Below are positions 1 through 9,705 of a stretch of 64,000 nucleotides of DNA, piece by piece (the first letter of the stretch is position 1; the number at the start of each line of letters is the position of its first letter). The position numbers were made by a program, and so were the translations under genes. The notes under the pieces were generated by a model that had not been told where the DNA came from, searched no databases, and was given only the letters and a program-made list of their open reading frames with translations. This stretch comes from a virus. The stretch is taken from IMG/VR virus record IMGVR_UViG_3300012931_000018, positions 23,946-87,945 of that record; one strand, given 5' to 3'.

Positions 1-9
1 GAATAAAAA

Positions 10-1017
10 ATGGAAAAATCATTTCAAGATCAATTAATTCAAATAATTGAAAAAAGAATTTCTTTATTAAAAAAGAATAAAAATAACAACTTAGATGATA
101 GTGTAAGCAGGATGGCAGAATTACAAAAGATTTATATGCTATTACATGGTGAAATAACTATAAAAGAATATATAGGTGAAAGTGAAAAAATTAAAGAGCC
201 TGCTATTGAAGCTATTGAAGATAATTCAAAACCTATTAAGGTAAAGTTTGTTGTTGGTGTAGATAGTGATACTAAAAAAGAAAAGTTGTTTGCTGATAAT
301 TTTGATCGTGCATATTTAGATGGATTAGCTAAAGATACGGAGCAAGAAAATGTAATTGATGGTGTAAAGAAAGCACCAGTTGTACTTAAAGAATCTGACC
401 AAGCACATGCAGGTGAAGTGATTGATGAAGATGAATATTTTGCTGATTCGTTAAATACTATAGAAATGGGAACAAAAGTTAATAAAATACCTATTGTATC
501 TAAAGAACCTGATCAAGAACCTGCTGAACCTAAAAAGAAAAAAGAATATTATACGACTTTAGCAGATGTTATGAAAAACTGTGAGTTCATAGTAAATACT
601 AATAATGATAAGAAATGGTTTGAAGAAATAACGAAAATTTATAATAAAAAATTAGGGAAAAGAAGATTTAAGATCGTTAGCATACAACCGGATATGATTA
701 TAAGTAAAAGTAAAAAGTATTATATAGTAGAAAGTGAAGGTATAAGATCGTTATGGTTAAGGGTTGGAAATAATGGAAATAATAAGAAATGGGATTTACC
801 GCGTCGAATTTTTATGAATAAGGAAATGGAAGAACATTGTGAACTAATACAACGAGATAATGATAAGAAAGAATTGCTTAATGAAATTGAAAGGGTTGGT
901 GGACGTTGGATTGATTATTATCAAAACCATGCCATTAGTGTACGAAAATATAAAAGATATTATTGGATATATCGTAAATCATCGGATGCAACGGAACTTT
1001 GGAAAGTTAAAAAATAA
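10..1017 (+). CDS. Hypothetical protein with two C-terminal copies of a ~65-aa repeated domain
   Basis: 335-aa ORF; motif C-x-[LF]-I...I-x-K-x-K-x-YY...LW occurs twice and recurs in the next genes. Confidence 0.75.
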   Translation: MEKSFQDQLIQIIEKRISLLKKNKNNNLDDSVSRMAELQKIYMLLHGEITIKEYIGESEKIKEPAIEAIEDNSKPIKVKFVVGVDSDTKKEKLFADNFDRAYLDGLAKDTEQENVIDGVKKAPVVLKESDQAHAGEVIDEDEYFADSLNTIEMGTKVNKIPIVSKEPDQEPAEPKKKKEYYTTLADVMKNCEFIVNTNNDKKWFEEITKIYNKKLGKRRFKIVSIQPDMIISKSKKYYIVESEGIRSLWLRVGNNGNNKKWDLPRRIFMNKEMEEHCELIQRDNDKKELLNEIERVGGRWIDYYQNHAISVRKYKRYYWIYRKSSDATELWKVKK

Positions 1018-1030
1018 AAGGAATAATTCT

Positions 1031-1270
1031 ATGGATAAGGTAAATCAAATCTACCAAACTGTTAAAGAAGTAAAAAACAATTGCCGATTAATAGCTAATA
1101 GTGCTAAAGATTATCAGGAATATAAATCTGCTTTAAATAAGATATCTACTGAAACGAAAGGAATGGATTGGCAGGAAATTAATATTGATGGTAATGTCCA
1201 TATTAAAAAGATAAAAGAGTATTACTTGTTGTATTCTTTATATGGTACAGCACAACTCTATAAAGCATAA
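1031..1270 (+). CDS. Hypothetical protein, single copy of the same repeated domain
   Basis: In-frame ATG at 1031 after AAGGA, inside track ORF 860..1270; NNCRLI...IKKIKEYYLL...LYK. Confidence 0.7.
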   Translation: MDKVNQIYQTVKEVKNNCRLIANSAKDYQEYKSALNKISTETKGMDWQEINIDGNVHIKKIKEYYLLYSLYGTAQLYKA

Positions 1271-1288
1271 AAGGGAGATTTATATATT

Positions 1289-1507
1289 ATGTCATATAAT
1301 ATTAATAAAACTATTAAAATAAGGAATAATAATAGCACATCATCTATAAGGACACATCGTAAACAAATAAGAAGTATAATCAATAGTTTACCTGTTGATA
1401 TAGAAAAAGCGTTTAAGAATAATAAATTGATAAATATTAATGAAAGTGTTAAGTATAGTGAGCAAGTTCCGGTATCTAAAACAATAACAATTGAGATCAC
1501 GTTATGA
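1289..1507 (+). CDS. Small hypothetical protein
   Basis: SD GGGAG upstream; ATGA overlap with next gene. Confidence 0.65.
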   Translation: MSYNINKTIKIRNNNSTSSIRTHRKQIRSIINSLPVDIEKAFKNNKLININESVKYSEQVPVSKTITIEITL

Positions 1508-1839
1508 AAGAACTAATAACTGTAAAGGAAATAAAAGAACAGTGTATGCTAATTTTTGATGCTGAAGATGATATAGTGCTTTATGTACAGGTATTAAATA
1601 GAGTTAAGGCACTATATCCTAATGAAAAGTTTAACCAGGTTGCTACATATAATGATACAACAATAAGTAGAATGCGGGAATATTATATGGTAAACCATCT
1701 TGGTATGCTTAGTTTATGGAAATTAAAAGAAAAAGATAGTGTTCATACTGTTAATAACCCTATAGAGCACATTGAAGAACCACATAAAGTAGAACCTAAA
1801 TCTTGTAAGATGTATATAGGTGAAGGTCTCACGATTTAA
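1504..1839 (+). CDS. Hypothetical protein, fourth copy of the repeated domain
   Basis: EQCMLI...ISRMREYYMV...LWK; coupled start. Confidence 0.7.
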   Translation: MKELITVKEIKEQCMLIFDAEDDIVLYVQVLNRVKALYPNEKFNQVATYNDTTISRMREYYMVNHLGMLSLWKLKEKDSVHTVNNPIEHIEEPHKVEPKSCKMYIGEGLTI

Positions 1840-2715
1840 TAGAAAAAGAAAAAGGATAATAATAGTAGTAAGGTAAAGGATAGTAAGAAAGAAAACAATT
1901 AACTGCATGTATATAGTAATAAGATAGAATAAGGAAAGAAACAATGAATATGTTGATGAATAGTAGTAAAGAATATATAATATTAGATGGTAATAGAGTA
2001 ATTGATTATAGTATATCGAGGAATAAAGTAATGAATAGTGTATTATGCTATTTAGATGATAAGTTAAGTGATAATATGTTGAGCAATAAAACAATTTATT
2101 TGTTGAGTAATAAAGTAACAGTATTAGATCAAGACCAAAGATTAATAATATCAAGTAATAAAGGAATAGGGCAAAGATTGTTTTATTTGTTGAGTAATAA
2201 GATAATAAATAAAAGATTAAGGCACCACATGCTTCTAAACACACATGGTTCAACGATGGCAATCCCCGATAACTCGATAGCTCGAATTGATATAGAAAGT
2301 AGTCTATTTACCCCTTACACTGCTGATACTGCCCATATTGTTAGAAGCTCCGTAATATTGTTTAGTAGTCCTATAATACTGTTCATACTGTTGCTACTGT
2401 TGTATATTATTGATATAGTAATAAAATATATTGTTAGTACTGTCGATGATGTTAGCAGTATGGCAGTATTAGTAATGTTGAACAGTATATTATTAAATCC
2501 CAAGCAGTTAGGGGCGGGGGTATCAACAGTATCAACATTTTCACATTTAAGTATGAGATGTCTCTTTCGCCCCTACATACAATTTTTTCAAAAATTCTCT
2601 ACTTTTCCCAACAGTATGAAAAAATTCTCTACTTTTCATAACAGTATTAAAAAATTATCAGCATATCACTACTCACACACTGCCCACAATAGCACAATAA
2701 ATATATAATTAACAT
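1840..2715. repeat. Repeat-rich, probably non-coding block (candidate genome-end/packaging or origin region)
   Basis: AACAGTAT at 2117, 2481, 2525, 2610, 2640 and its complement ATACTGTT at 2376, 2385; 30-bp tandem repeat near 2590-2655; duplicated TTTATTTGTTGAGTAATAA; isolated GGGGCGGGGG at 2511-2520. Confidence 0.55.
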
Positions 2716-2737
2716 AACAACACAGGGGATAAATAAA

Positions 2738-3316
2738 ATGAATGAAAATAAGATAACACATTTATCAATGAATGATAATAATTCTTTATTAACGAAAGAA
2801 GAATTAACCAGAGAATTATTAAAAGTACCGGACGTATTAAAGGAACAAATTAAAGAGGCAATAGAAAATAATCTCGATGTAAGTATATTGATGCATAATA
2901 CACATGCTATGGATGCTGATGGTAAAATCCAGGTACTTGGTTGCCACTATAGTATCTTTGTTCCTTTTAATGTTATGAATACTAAGGAAAAGAATCTTGA
3001 AGTAATTGTTAAAAATATTGTATATGTTCCTTTACATGATAATTATTCTGCTAATGTAGAAATTTATTACGCGGATAATAAAATATATTCCGAAGATATA
3101 ATAATTGATAGTGTTGATATGATTAATTATATAGAAACTAAATTTAATCATGATGTTGTGAATAGAAAATATGGAACAGTGATAAATATGGATGATAATG
3201 AAGTACTTGGTTTGGAATTGGCATTGAATCCTGATCCTAATCGGACTTTACAATGTGATATAGATTGGCAATCTTTATATGTTAATTTCTATTATAAAAT
3301 AGATGAGATAGAATAA
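2738..3316 (+). CDS. Hypothetical protein
   Basis: 192-aa ORF preceded by ACACAGGGG. Confidence 0.7.
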   Translation: MNENKITHLSMNDNNSLLTKEELTRELLKVPDVLKEQIKEAIENNLDVSILMHNTHAMDADGKIQVLGCHYSIFVPFNVMNTKEKNLEVIVKNIVYVPLHDNYSANVEIYYADNKIYSEDIIIDSVDMINYIETKFNHDVVNRKYGTVINMDDNEVLGLELALNPDPNRTLQCDIDWQSLYVNFYYKIDEIE

Positions 3317-3318
3317 AT

Positions 3319-3696
3319 ATGCGGACTATGGAAATAGAACTAATGGAAATACAAGATGATGGCAATGCTGTATTAAAATTATCTATAAGTGAATTTGTTA
3401 ATTATAAAATAGTATTGTCTAAGCATATTTCTTTTGAATTTGTTAATTATAAAATAGTATTGTCTAAGCATATTTCTCTTGAAAAGAAAGTATTTGCTGA
3501 ACTCAAGGAAACTAAAATAATGAATGGATTAGATAAGGTTGGAGATAAAAATAAAGTAGGCGTGTTAAATGTGATAGGTGGCAGTAATTTAAAAAATGGA
3601 TTGAATAAAAATTTAGATATGAGTTTTGAAGTATCTGAAGATTGTGAAACTATAAGTGAATTTAGAATATTTGAATTAATAAAGGGAGGAAAATAA
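3319..3696 (+). CDS. Hypothetical protein with an in-frame 15-aa tandem duplication
   Basis: EFVNYKIVLSKHIS twice; 45-bp period at 3391-3477. Confidence 0.65.
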   Translation: MRTMEIELMEIQDDGNAVLKLSISEFVNYKIVLSKHISFEFVNYKIVLSKHISLEKKVFAELKETKIMNGLDKVGDKNKVGVLNVIGGSNLKNGLNKNLDMSFEVSEDCETISEFRIFELIKGGK

Positions 3697-3697
3697 A

Positions 3698-4297
3698 ATG
3701 AAAAATAATTTATTACAAGACTTGGAAGCAATACTGTTTTTAATAGGCATGACGATAACACTGGTTATATTAACCAGGTGTACTTCGATTGGTAATAATA
3801 CTGAAAAACCTATTCCGTTAGCTAACGATACGGAGCGTTTTCGGTATCTTTCAATTCTAATAAAAGAGTGTAATGATAGTTTAATAGTTCATGGGAATAC
3901 GGGTGATACTATAAAAATGAAATCTGATTATGGGTTAGTACAATCCCTGGAACAAAATCGCTTATTATTATTAAGACGTGTATTAGATTATTATAAAAGT
4001 CCTATTGCTGATGAAATAGAAATAGATACCTTGAATAAAATGGTGAGATGGAAAGATGAAATCTTGTTTCATCAAGGTGATTGTATAAATCACAATAAAT
4101 TTTTAACAGGTGTGATATTAAATAATAAGTATCTTCAAGATGATGCTGGTGCCACGATGGTACTTGGATATTTTCGAGATGGTATGCATTTTGTAAAAAT
4201 TAGGGATATAAAAAAAATAAGGTGTGAAGATATTCAGAAAGATTTTAAAGCAGAAGCCCGTATTTATATAAATAAATTGAATCGTAAACGAAAATGA
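3698..4297 (+). CDS. Putative lipoprotein / exported protein
   Basis: Hydrophobic N-terminus ending VILTRC (possible lipobox); SD GGAGG; DSL, DTI, DTL sequons. Confidence 0.6.
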   Translation: MKNNLLQDLEAILFLIGMTITLVILTRCTSIGNNTEKPIPLANDTERFRYLSILIKECNDSLIVHGNTGDTIKMKSDYGLVQSLEQNRLLLLRRVLDYYKSPIADEIEIDTLNKMVRWKDEILFHQGDCINHNKFLTGVILNNKYLQDDAGATMVLGYFRDGMHFVKIRDIKKIRCEDIQKDFKAEARIYINKLNRKRK

Positions 4298-5559
4298 AAC
4301 GTTTAATTTATTTACTGCCGTTTGTGTTATTGATAATATTTCAATTAATATTAATAGATAAAGGAATATTATCGATATCCGCTGATGAAAGCGGTCATAC
4401 CTTAAATGCTTATAATTATTATATAGGCAAAGGGAGTTTGTGGGGTATGTGGCTGCCAGGGCAACAGCTTATTTATACGGCGGGATTTATGGTATGGAAA
4501 GATTTAGTGTGGATGCCACGAATAGTGAGTATGATGTTTGGAATATTTACATTGATAAGTTTAATGCTGGTGACTAAAGAATTATTTAAGGATAAGAATA
4601 TAATTGTTATGACTGGAGTGTTTGGAAGTTTATTTGTTGGAATAAATTTATATAGCGTATTGCCCTTGACTGAAATATATTTCTTTGCTTTTATATTATT
4701 GGAAATATATTTAATGCTATATTATTTACGGACTGGTAAGAAAGAATGGCTGGTAATTATAGTTGGAATAATAGCAACAATGTTTCGTTATGATGGTTGG
4801 GTATTTATACTGGTTGTGGGCGGTATGATGATAAAGAAATTAAAATATAAAACTATACTGTTGTTTTTATTTCCGGTGGTATGGGTAATGTATGGATGGA
4901 TAATGACAGGGGATATGTTTGGGTTTATACATAGTGTTGCTGAAAGAAGAATAGCGTTGCGAAATGATGAAGGTATGATATATAACTATATTCTTCTAAC
5001 ATTGGAATCTACTTTATTGGCTGGATTATTTTTTATTAATAAAAATAAAAAATACTTAATGTTATATGTGATAACTTTTATTATTTGGGCAATAGCTTTA
5101 TCTCGAACCGGAGCAATGCCGACTCATAATGTATGGCGTGTACCGTTGATATGGAATATTATGATGATACCGTTTCTTGCTTATGTTGTGATGAAACCTA
5201 AACAAAAAATATTGAGCGTTGTAGTAATTATAATTATTTCACTTTTATTCATAAAGCAAACTGTTAAATATATTTCATTACCACAAAAATACATTTTAAC
5301 GTGGAATGAAATTGAACTGGGTAAGAAAATTCAACAGCTCGATGGGGGAATTATTATTCCTAAGATGGGTTGGGAATACTCGAATATTCTTGTGGTAAGT
5401 CAACGACCTGAAAGAATTTCTTTTAAAGATGGAATTAACTATATGGATTTAATATTGTACGATTATTTAATTGTACCGCGCCGGATTTATATTGATAAGG
5501 AAGAAATATGGAATAATAAAGATTGGTTTATTTATAAATTAAAAAACACAGGGGAATAA
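4294..5559 (+). CDS. Polytopic membrane glycosyltransferase, GT-C fold (ArnT/PMT-like)
   Basis: About 10 hydrophobic segments; acidic DE motif (SADESGH) after TM1; TE and RxD/E-type motifs (PLTEIYF, FRYDGW); short soluble C-terminal domain. Confidence 0.7.
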   Translation: MKRLIYLLPFVLLIIFQLILIDKGILSISADESGHTLNAYNYYIGKGSLWGMWLPGQQLIYTAGFMVWKDLVWMPRIVSMMFGIFTLISLMLVTKELFKDKNIIVMTGVFGSLFVGINLYSVLPLTEIYFFAFILLEIYLMLYYLRTGKKEWLVIIVGIIATMFRYDGWVFILVVGGMMIKKLKYKTILLFLFPVVWVMYGWIMTGDMFGFIHSVAERRIALRNDEGMIYNYILLTLESTLLAGLFFINKNKKYLMLYVITFIIWAIALSRTGAMPTHNVWRVPLIWNIMMIPFLAYVVMKPKQKILSVVVIIIISLLFIKQTVKYISLPQKYILTWNEIELGKKIQQLDGGIIIPKMGWEYSNILVVSQRPERISFKDGINYMDLILYDYLIVPRRIYIDKEEIWNNKDWFIYKLKNTGE

Positions 5560-5560
5560 A

Positions 5561-5947
5561 ATGAAGAACACATTATTGAAAATATTAATTGTGATTGGCA
5601 TAATAGTGCTAATAATATCAGCATCATTTACTACATTGAATGGTCAGACAATTTTGTGTACTAAACATTATCATCTAAGTACGGCAACTTGTACAGTTCC
5701 ATTTATGGATGATACTTTATATGTAACCGGAAAATATTTAACAGCTGAATTTGAATTTATATTAATAGAAATACAATTCCATGGTCTTGAATATTTGGAT
5801 GCTTTACAAAAAACCAAAATAGGTGTTTGGCATATATCAGAATATATTGATGAACAAATTAGATTTATTTATAATAGATGGATTGCTAAAAAAAGATTGC
5901 AAACAATCGATGATGATTTTTGGCAAGATGTAAATAAAAAAAGGTGA
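5561..5947 (+). CDS. Exported hypothetical protein
   Basis: Basic N-terminus, hydrophobic core, possible cleavage LNG/Q. Confidence 0.6.
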   Translation: MKNTLLKILIVIGIIVLIISASFTTLNGQTILCTKHYHLSTATCTVPFMDDTLYVTGKYLTAEFEFILIEIQFHGLEYLDALQKTKIGVWHISEYIDEQIRFIYNRWIAKKRLQTIDDDFWQDVNKKR

Positions 5948-6945
5948 ATAAAATGGAAAAGAAAAATATTTTAATAACAGGGCATAATGGATTGGTGGGA
6001 TCTGCTTTAGTAAAAATGTTTAAGAACGATGATAGAGAATATAATGTCATTGTTGCACCCAGAAGCAGTTTAGACTTAAAAAGTGAACAAAGTACCAGAA
6101 AATGGTTTGATCAAAGAATTAAAGAAGGCGTTAAGATTGATATGGTAATTTGTTGTGCTGGAAAGGTTGGTGGTATAGTTGCAAATTCTAAATATCCAGC
6201 TGAATTTTTATATGATAATGCTTTGATTGGATTGAATACAATTTCTGCTGCTTATATTTATAACGTAGATAAATTAATTTACTTAGGGAGTAGTTGTGTT
6301 TATCCAAAAACTTTAAAAATTATTGATGAAAATAAATTATTATCCAGTAAACTTGAACCTTCGAATGAAGGATATGCTATTGCTAAAATAATGAACATAA
6401 AACTTGTTGAAAAATTTCATATTGAATATGGTAAAAATTATTATTCAGTAATGCCTTGTAATGTTTATGGATATGGTGATAATTATAATCTTGAAAGTTC
6501 TCATGTTATTCCAGCATTGATTAGAAAATTGCATGAAGCTAAAATGAATAACAATACTGAATTTAATGTTATGGGTAATCCTGAAACACGACGTGAATTT
6601 ACATTTTCAGATACATTGGCTGCTAAGATATATAATTTGATTGAATTTGTTAGTGCAGATTATTTAGATATAGTGTATGGTACTAATTTATTGAACCTTG
6701 GTAGTGGTGTGGAATATACGATGGATAAATTAGTGAAAACAATTTCTAAGGTTGTTGGCTATAAAGGAAAAATAAATTGGACTAATACTGGTGCTGGAGT
6801 TGAAAGAAAATTAATGGACTCGAAAAAACAAAAAGAAATTTTTTCATCATTTGGTTGTTATAATGATTTATATGAACCAGAATTAAGTGAAGGAATAAAA
6901 GTAACATATAATGATTTTTTAACTAATGAAGGATTAAGAAAATAA
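5944..6945 (+). CDS. fcl: GDP-L-fucose synthase
   Basis: ITGHNGLVGSA Rossmann motif, AGKVGGI.AN, LGSSCVYPK, YAIAK catalytic motif, SHVIPALIRK. Confidence 0.95.
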   Translation: MNKMEKKNILITGHNGLVGSALVKMFKNDDREYNVIVAPRSSLDLKSEQSTRKWFDQRIKEGVKIDMVICCAGKVGGIVANSKYPAEFLYDNALIGLNTISAAYIYNVDKLIYLGSSCVYPKTLKIIDENKLLSSKLEPSNEGYAIAKIMNIKLVEKFHIEYGKNYYSVMPCNVYGYGDNYNLESSHVIPALIRKLHEAKMNNNTEFNVMGNPETRREFTFSDTLAAKIYNLIEFVSADYLDIVYGTNLLNLGSGVEYTMDKLVKTISKVVGYKGKINWTNTGAGVERKLMDSKKQKEIFSSFGCYNDLYEPELSEGIKVTYNDFLTNEGLRK

Positions 6946-7056
6946 TTTGTTAATAATCGTCATATATTCATTAGACATGAAAAAATGGCACCAAGATAAG
7001 AAAACACAGGTGCAATAAATAATTAATTATACTACAATTTATTTCGGAGATTATTA

Positions 7057-7206
7057 ATGGAAAAAGAAAAAGAAAAAAATGAAACTGAAAGTAAATCAAA
7101 TGAAGTTAAGACGGAATTTGATAAACTTTCAAAAGTTCAGAAAGATGTTGTCATGTCTGAATTAAATAAAAATCAGAAAACATCTGAGGTAAAAAATGAA
7201 AATTAA
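7057..7206 (+). CDS. Small charged protein (49 aa), below the ORF-track cutoff
   Basis: SD GGAG upstream of ATG 7057; MEKEKEKNETES...KNEN*; overlaps next start. Confidence 0.5.
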   Translation: MEKEKEKNETESKSNEVKTEFDKLSKVQKDVVMSELNKNQKTSEVKNEN

Positions 7207-8125
7207 TTGTCAATCAAAATCAGGTATGTCAGTATCTTCGGCATGGGGATGGACACCATTATTTGGTGGTGTATCGACTTGTACACTTACATTTAGTCCA
7301 GGCATAGCGGCACAAGGCATAGATATATTAAATGTCAATATTATTCATGCTTGGATGGTAAATGGGCAAATTATTGCTTCACAAAGTAATTTTGTTGATC
7401 AAATAAATAGTAATGGAATATTAAAGACAAGTCAATCTTTAATAATGGGTGGAATTCCAACAGCACAAGCGGAATTAGTTTTTGTAGTTGACATAGGTAT
7501 TCAGAATCCAGATGGTTCATATACTACTTGGAGAGGTACAACTCATACAGGTGTATATAATTTTTCTGCACCCGGTCAAGTTCAAGCTAATGTTCCTGAA
7601 GGTTCACCTATACAATCAGGTATTGCTTATAATGCATATTGTGGTATTGATTATAATGGAACAAATACTCATTATGAAGCAGAAGTCCAAAATGGATCAA
7701 TAGTGAATATTAGTGGAAATCATTTTGCTATAATTCCAAATGCACCTAATTGTTCTTGGAGAGCAAGAGCGGTTAATGATCAAGGTACTGGTGCATGGAG
7801 TAGTTGGTGTTCATTTTCTGTTGATACATATATTAATAATCCTGTTGTTAGTGCTTATGCTGTGCAGCACCCATCTAAACCAATTATTGCTTTATATATG
7901 AATGGAAGTATTTCTGTTCCATCTGGTGTTGTTATAACAAGTAGTAAATTTATTTATGGTGGTACTACAATTAATAATGGAACAACTTCAAGTCCATCTG
8001 CTTCAGTAAATAGTGTTAGTTTACCTATAACTGTGCAATTGCAAGTTATTTATTATGATTCTGTTTGTGCAAAATCGGTTAGTAAAGAAGTATCAGTTGT
8101 AGTTAATGATACTGGTTTAGAATAA
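7196..8125 (+). CDS. Ser/Thr/Gly-rich beta-sandwich protein with a fibronectin type III-like domain
   Basis: CSWRARAVNDQGTGAWS is an FN3 C-terminal signature; SD GAGG; followed by its own hairpin. Confidence 0.65.
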   Translation: MKINCQSKSGMSVSSAWGWTPLFGGVSTCTLTFSPGIAAQGIDILNVNIIHAWMVNGQIIASQSNFVDQINSNGILKTSQSLIMGGIPTAQAELVFVVDIGIQNPDGSYTTWRGTTHTGVYNFSAPGQVQANVPEGSPIQSGIAYNAYCGIDYNGTNTHYEAEVQNGSIVNISGNHFAIIPNAPNCSWRARAVNDQGTGAWSSWCSFSVDTYINNPVVSAYAVQHPSKPIIALYMNGSISVPSGVVITSSKFIYGGTTINNGTTSSPSASVNSVSLPITVQLQVIYYDSVCAKSVSKEVSVVVNDTGLE

Positions 8126-8147
8126 TTATCACAAAATAATAATTCAA

Positions 8148-8179
8148 TAACAGTCTGGTTGAAATATATCAGACTGTTA
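8148..8179 (+). terminator. Hairpin, probable terminator or processing stem
   Basis: TAACAGTCTGGT / ATCAGACTGTTA 12-bp stem; weak U-tract. Confidence 0.5.
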
Positions 8180-8187
8180 AAATTAAT

Positions 8188-9258
8188 TTGATGAGGTTAT
8201 ATAATATGATAGATAAAAATAAACAAGTTGCATTGATAACTGGAATAACCGGGCAAGATGGAAGTTACCTTGCTGAACTTCTTTTAGAGAAAGAATATAT
8301 TGTTCATGGTGTGATTAGAAGGTCAAGCAGTTTTAATACTGAAAGGATTGATCATCTTTATAATGATCCAACATTGTTAGATAAAAAATTGTTTCTTCAT
8401 TATGGTGATTTATCGGACAATAGTGTTTGTGAATTAATAAAAGAAATTAGACCGGATGAAATTTATAATCTTGCTGCTCAAAGTCATGTTGCTGTAAGTT
8501 TTAAGATTCCTGAATATACTTCTGACATTAATTATATGGGTGTAGTTAGAATGTTGGAATGTATTAGGCATCTTGATTATCGTGTAAAGTTTTATCAGGC
8601 AAGCACAAGTGAAATGTTCGGCAAAAGTCTTCCACCACAAAATGAATCAACGTTATTTCAGCCACAAAGCCCATATGCTGTTAGTAAAGTTGCTGCCCAT
8701 AACATATGCACTAATTATAGAAATAGTTACAAGTTATTTATATGCTGTGGTATTTTATTTAATCATGAAAGCCCAAGACGTAATGAAACATTTGTAACAA
8801 GAAAAATTGTTAATGGTTTATGTAAGGTAAAACTTGGATTGCAAGACTGTGTAGTGTTAGGGAATATATTTGCTCAAAGAGATTGGGGTTGGGCACCTGA
8901 TTATGTAGAAGCAATGTGGCTGATGATGCAAAGAAGTTTGCCTGATGACTATGTTATTGCTACAGGGGCAAGTTATACTGTGAAAGAGTTTATAGAAGCG
9001 GTGTTGCTTTGTCTTAATATTGAATATGAATGGTTGGAACATACAGGTGGTTCATTTCATGTACTGGATAAAAAAGATAGTAAAATTATTCTTTCAACTG
9101 ATAGTATTAAATATATTAGACCATCTGATGTTGATTGGTTGTGTGGAGATTATACAGCAGCAAAAAGATTATTAGGGTGGAAACCAACTAAATATATGGA
9201 TCAAATAATAGATGAAATGGTCAAATCAGATTTTGAAAAATTAAATAGAGGACAATAA
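8188..9258 (+). CDS. gmd: GDP-mannose 4,6-dehydratase (likely start 8206)
   Basis: ALITGITGQDGSYLAE, YNLAAQSHV, YQASTSE, PQSPYAVSK, ILFNHESPRR, RDWG. Confidence 0.97.
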   Translation: MMRLYNMIDKNKQVALITGITGQDGSYLAELLLEKEYIVHGVIRRSSSFNTERIDHLYNDPTLLDKKLFLHYGDLSDNSVCELIKEIRPDEIYNLAAQSHVAVSFKIPEYTSDINYMGVVRMLECIRHLDYRVKFYQASTSEMFGKSLPPQNESTLFQPQSPYAVSKVAAHNICTNYRNSYKLFICCGILFNHESPRRNETFVTRKIVNGLCKVKLGLQDCVVLGNIFAQRDWGWAPDYVEAMWLMMQRSLPDDYVIATGASYTVKEFIEAVLLCLNIEYEWLEHTGGSFHVLDKKDSKIILSTDSIKYIRPSDVDWLCGDYTAAKRLLGWKPTKYMDQIIDEMVKSDFEKLNRGQ

Positions 9259-9428
9259 TGACAAGACGTGAATTAAAAGATGAAATAAAAGAATCAATAA
9301 AGGATTCAAAAAGTTTTGATGACATTATTGAAAATGTATCTGAATATATTGTGAACAATTTCAAATTAAAAAGAAGGGTGATTGTTTATGGAAAAGACAA
9401 GAACAGCAAAAGCAAAAGCAAAAGATGA
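9258..9428 (+). CDS. Small hypothetical protein (56 aa), below the ORF-track cutoff
   Basis: TAATG coupling to gmd stop, SD GAGG; MTRRELKDEIKE... Confidence 0.5.
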   Translation: MTRRELKDEIKESIKDSKSFDDIIENVSEYIVNNFKLKRRVIVYGKDKNSKSKSKR

Positions 9429-9705
9429 TAAAAATTCAATGGTGGTATTTGACAATATTATTTTTGAAACAAAATCTAATAACGAACTATTGATAATTAA
9501 AATAAATGATAAAAATTTAGATGAGCATCTTGATAATATTGCTAAAAATTTGAAAACGTTGATAGATGCAAGCGGTTGGAATGGTAAAATAATTATTTTA
9601 AGAAGTGATGATGAAATAGTTTATGGCTCGATTAGTTTATTTAGATATGCTATTTATTGCATAAAAAATAAAATTAAATTATTAAAAAAATGGAGTAAAA
9701 AATGA
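9382..9705 (+). CDS. Hypothetical protein
   Basis: 107-aa ORF; ATGA overlap with next gene. Confidence 0.65.
   Translation: MFMEKTRTAKAKAKDDKNSMVVFDNIIFETKSNNELLIIKINDKNLDEHLDNIAKNLKTLIDASGWNGKIIILRSDDEIVYGSISLFRYAIYCIKNKIKLLKKWSKK

Noticed and set aside
1944-2708. 254-aa ORF and antisense ORFs 1723..2262 and 2315..2503
   Set aside because: They translate repeat-rich, skewed DNA into low-complexity peptides with no convincing SD; treated as non-coding
3391-3477. 45-bp in-frame tandem duplication as a functional element
   Set aside because: An exact duplication is best explained by recent slippage or an assembly artefact; the same applies to the 28-bp duplication at 60461-60516
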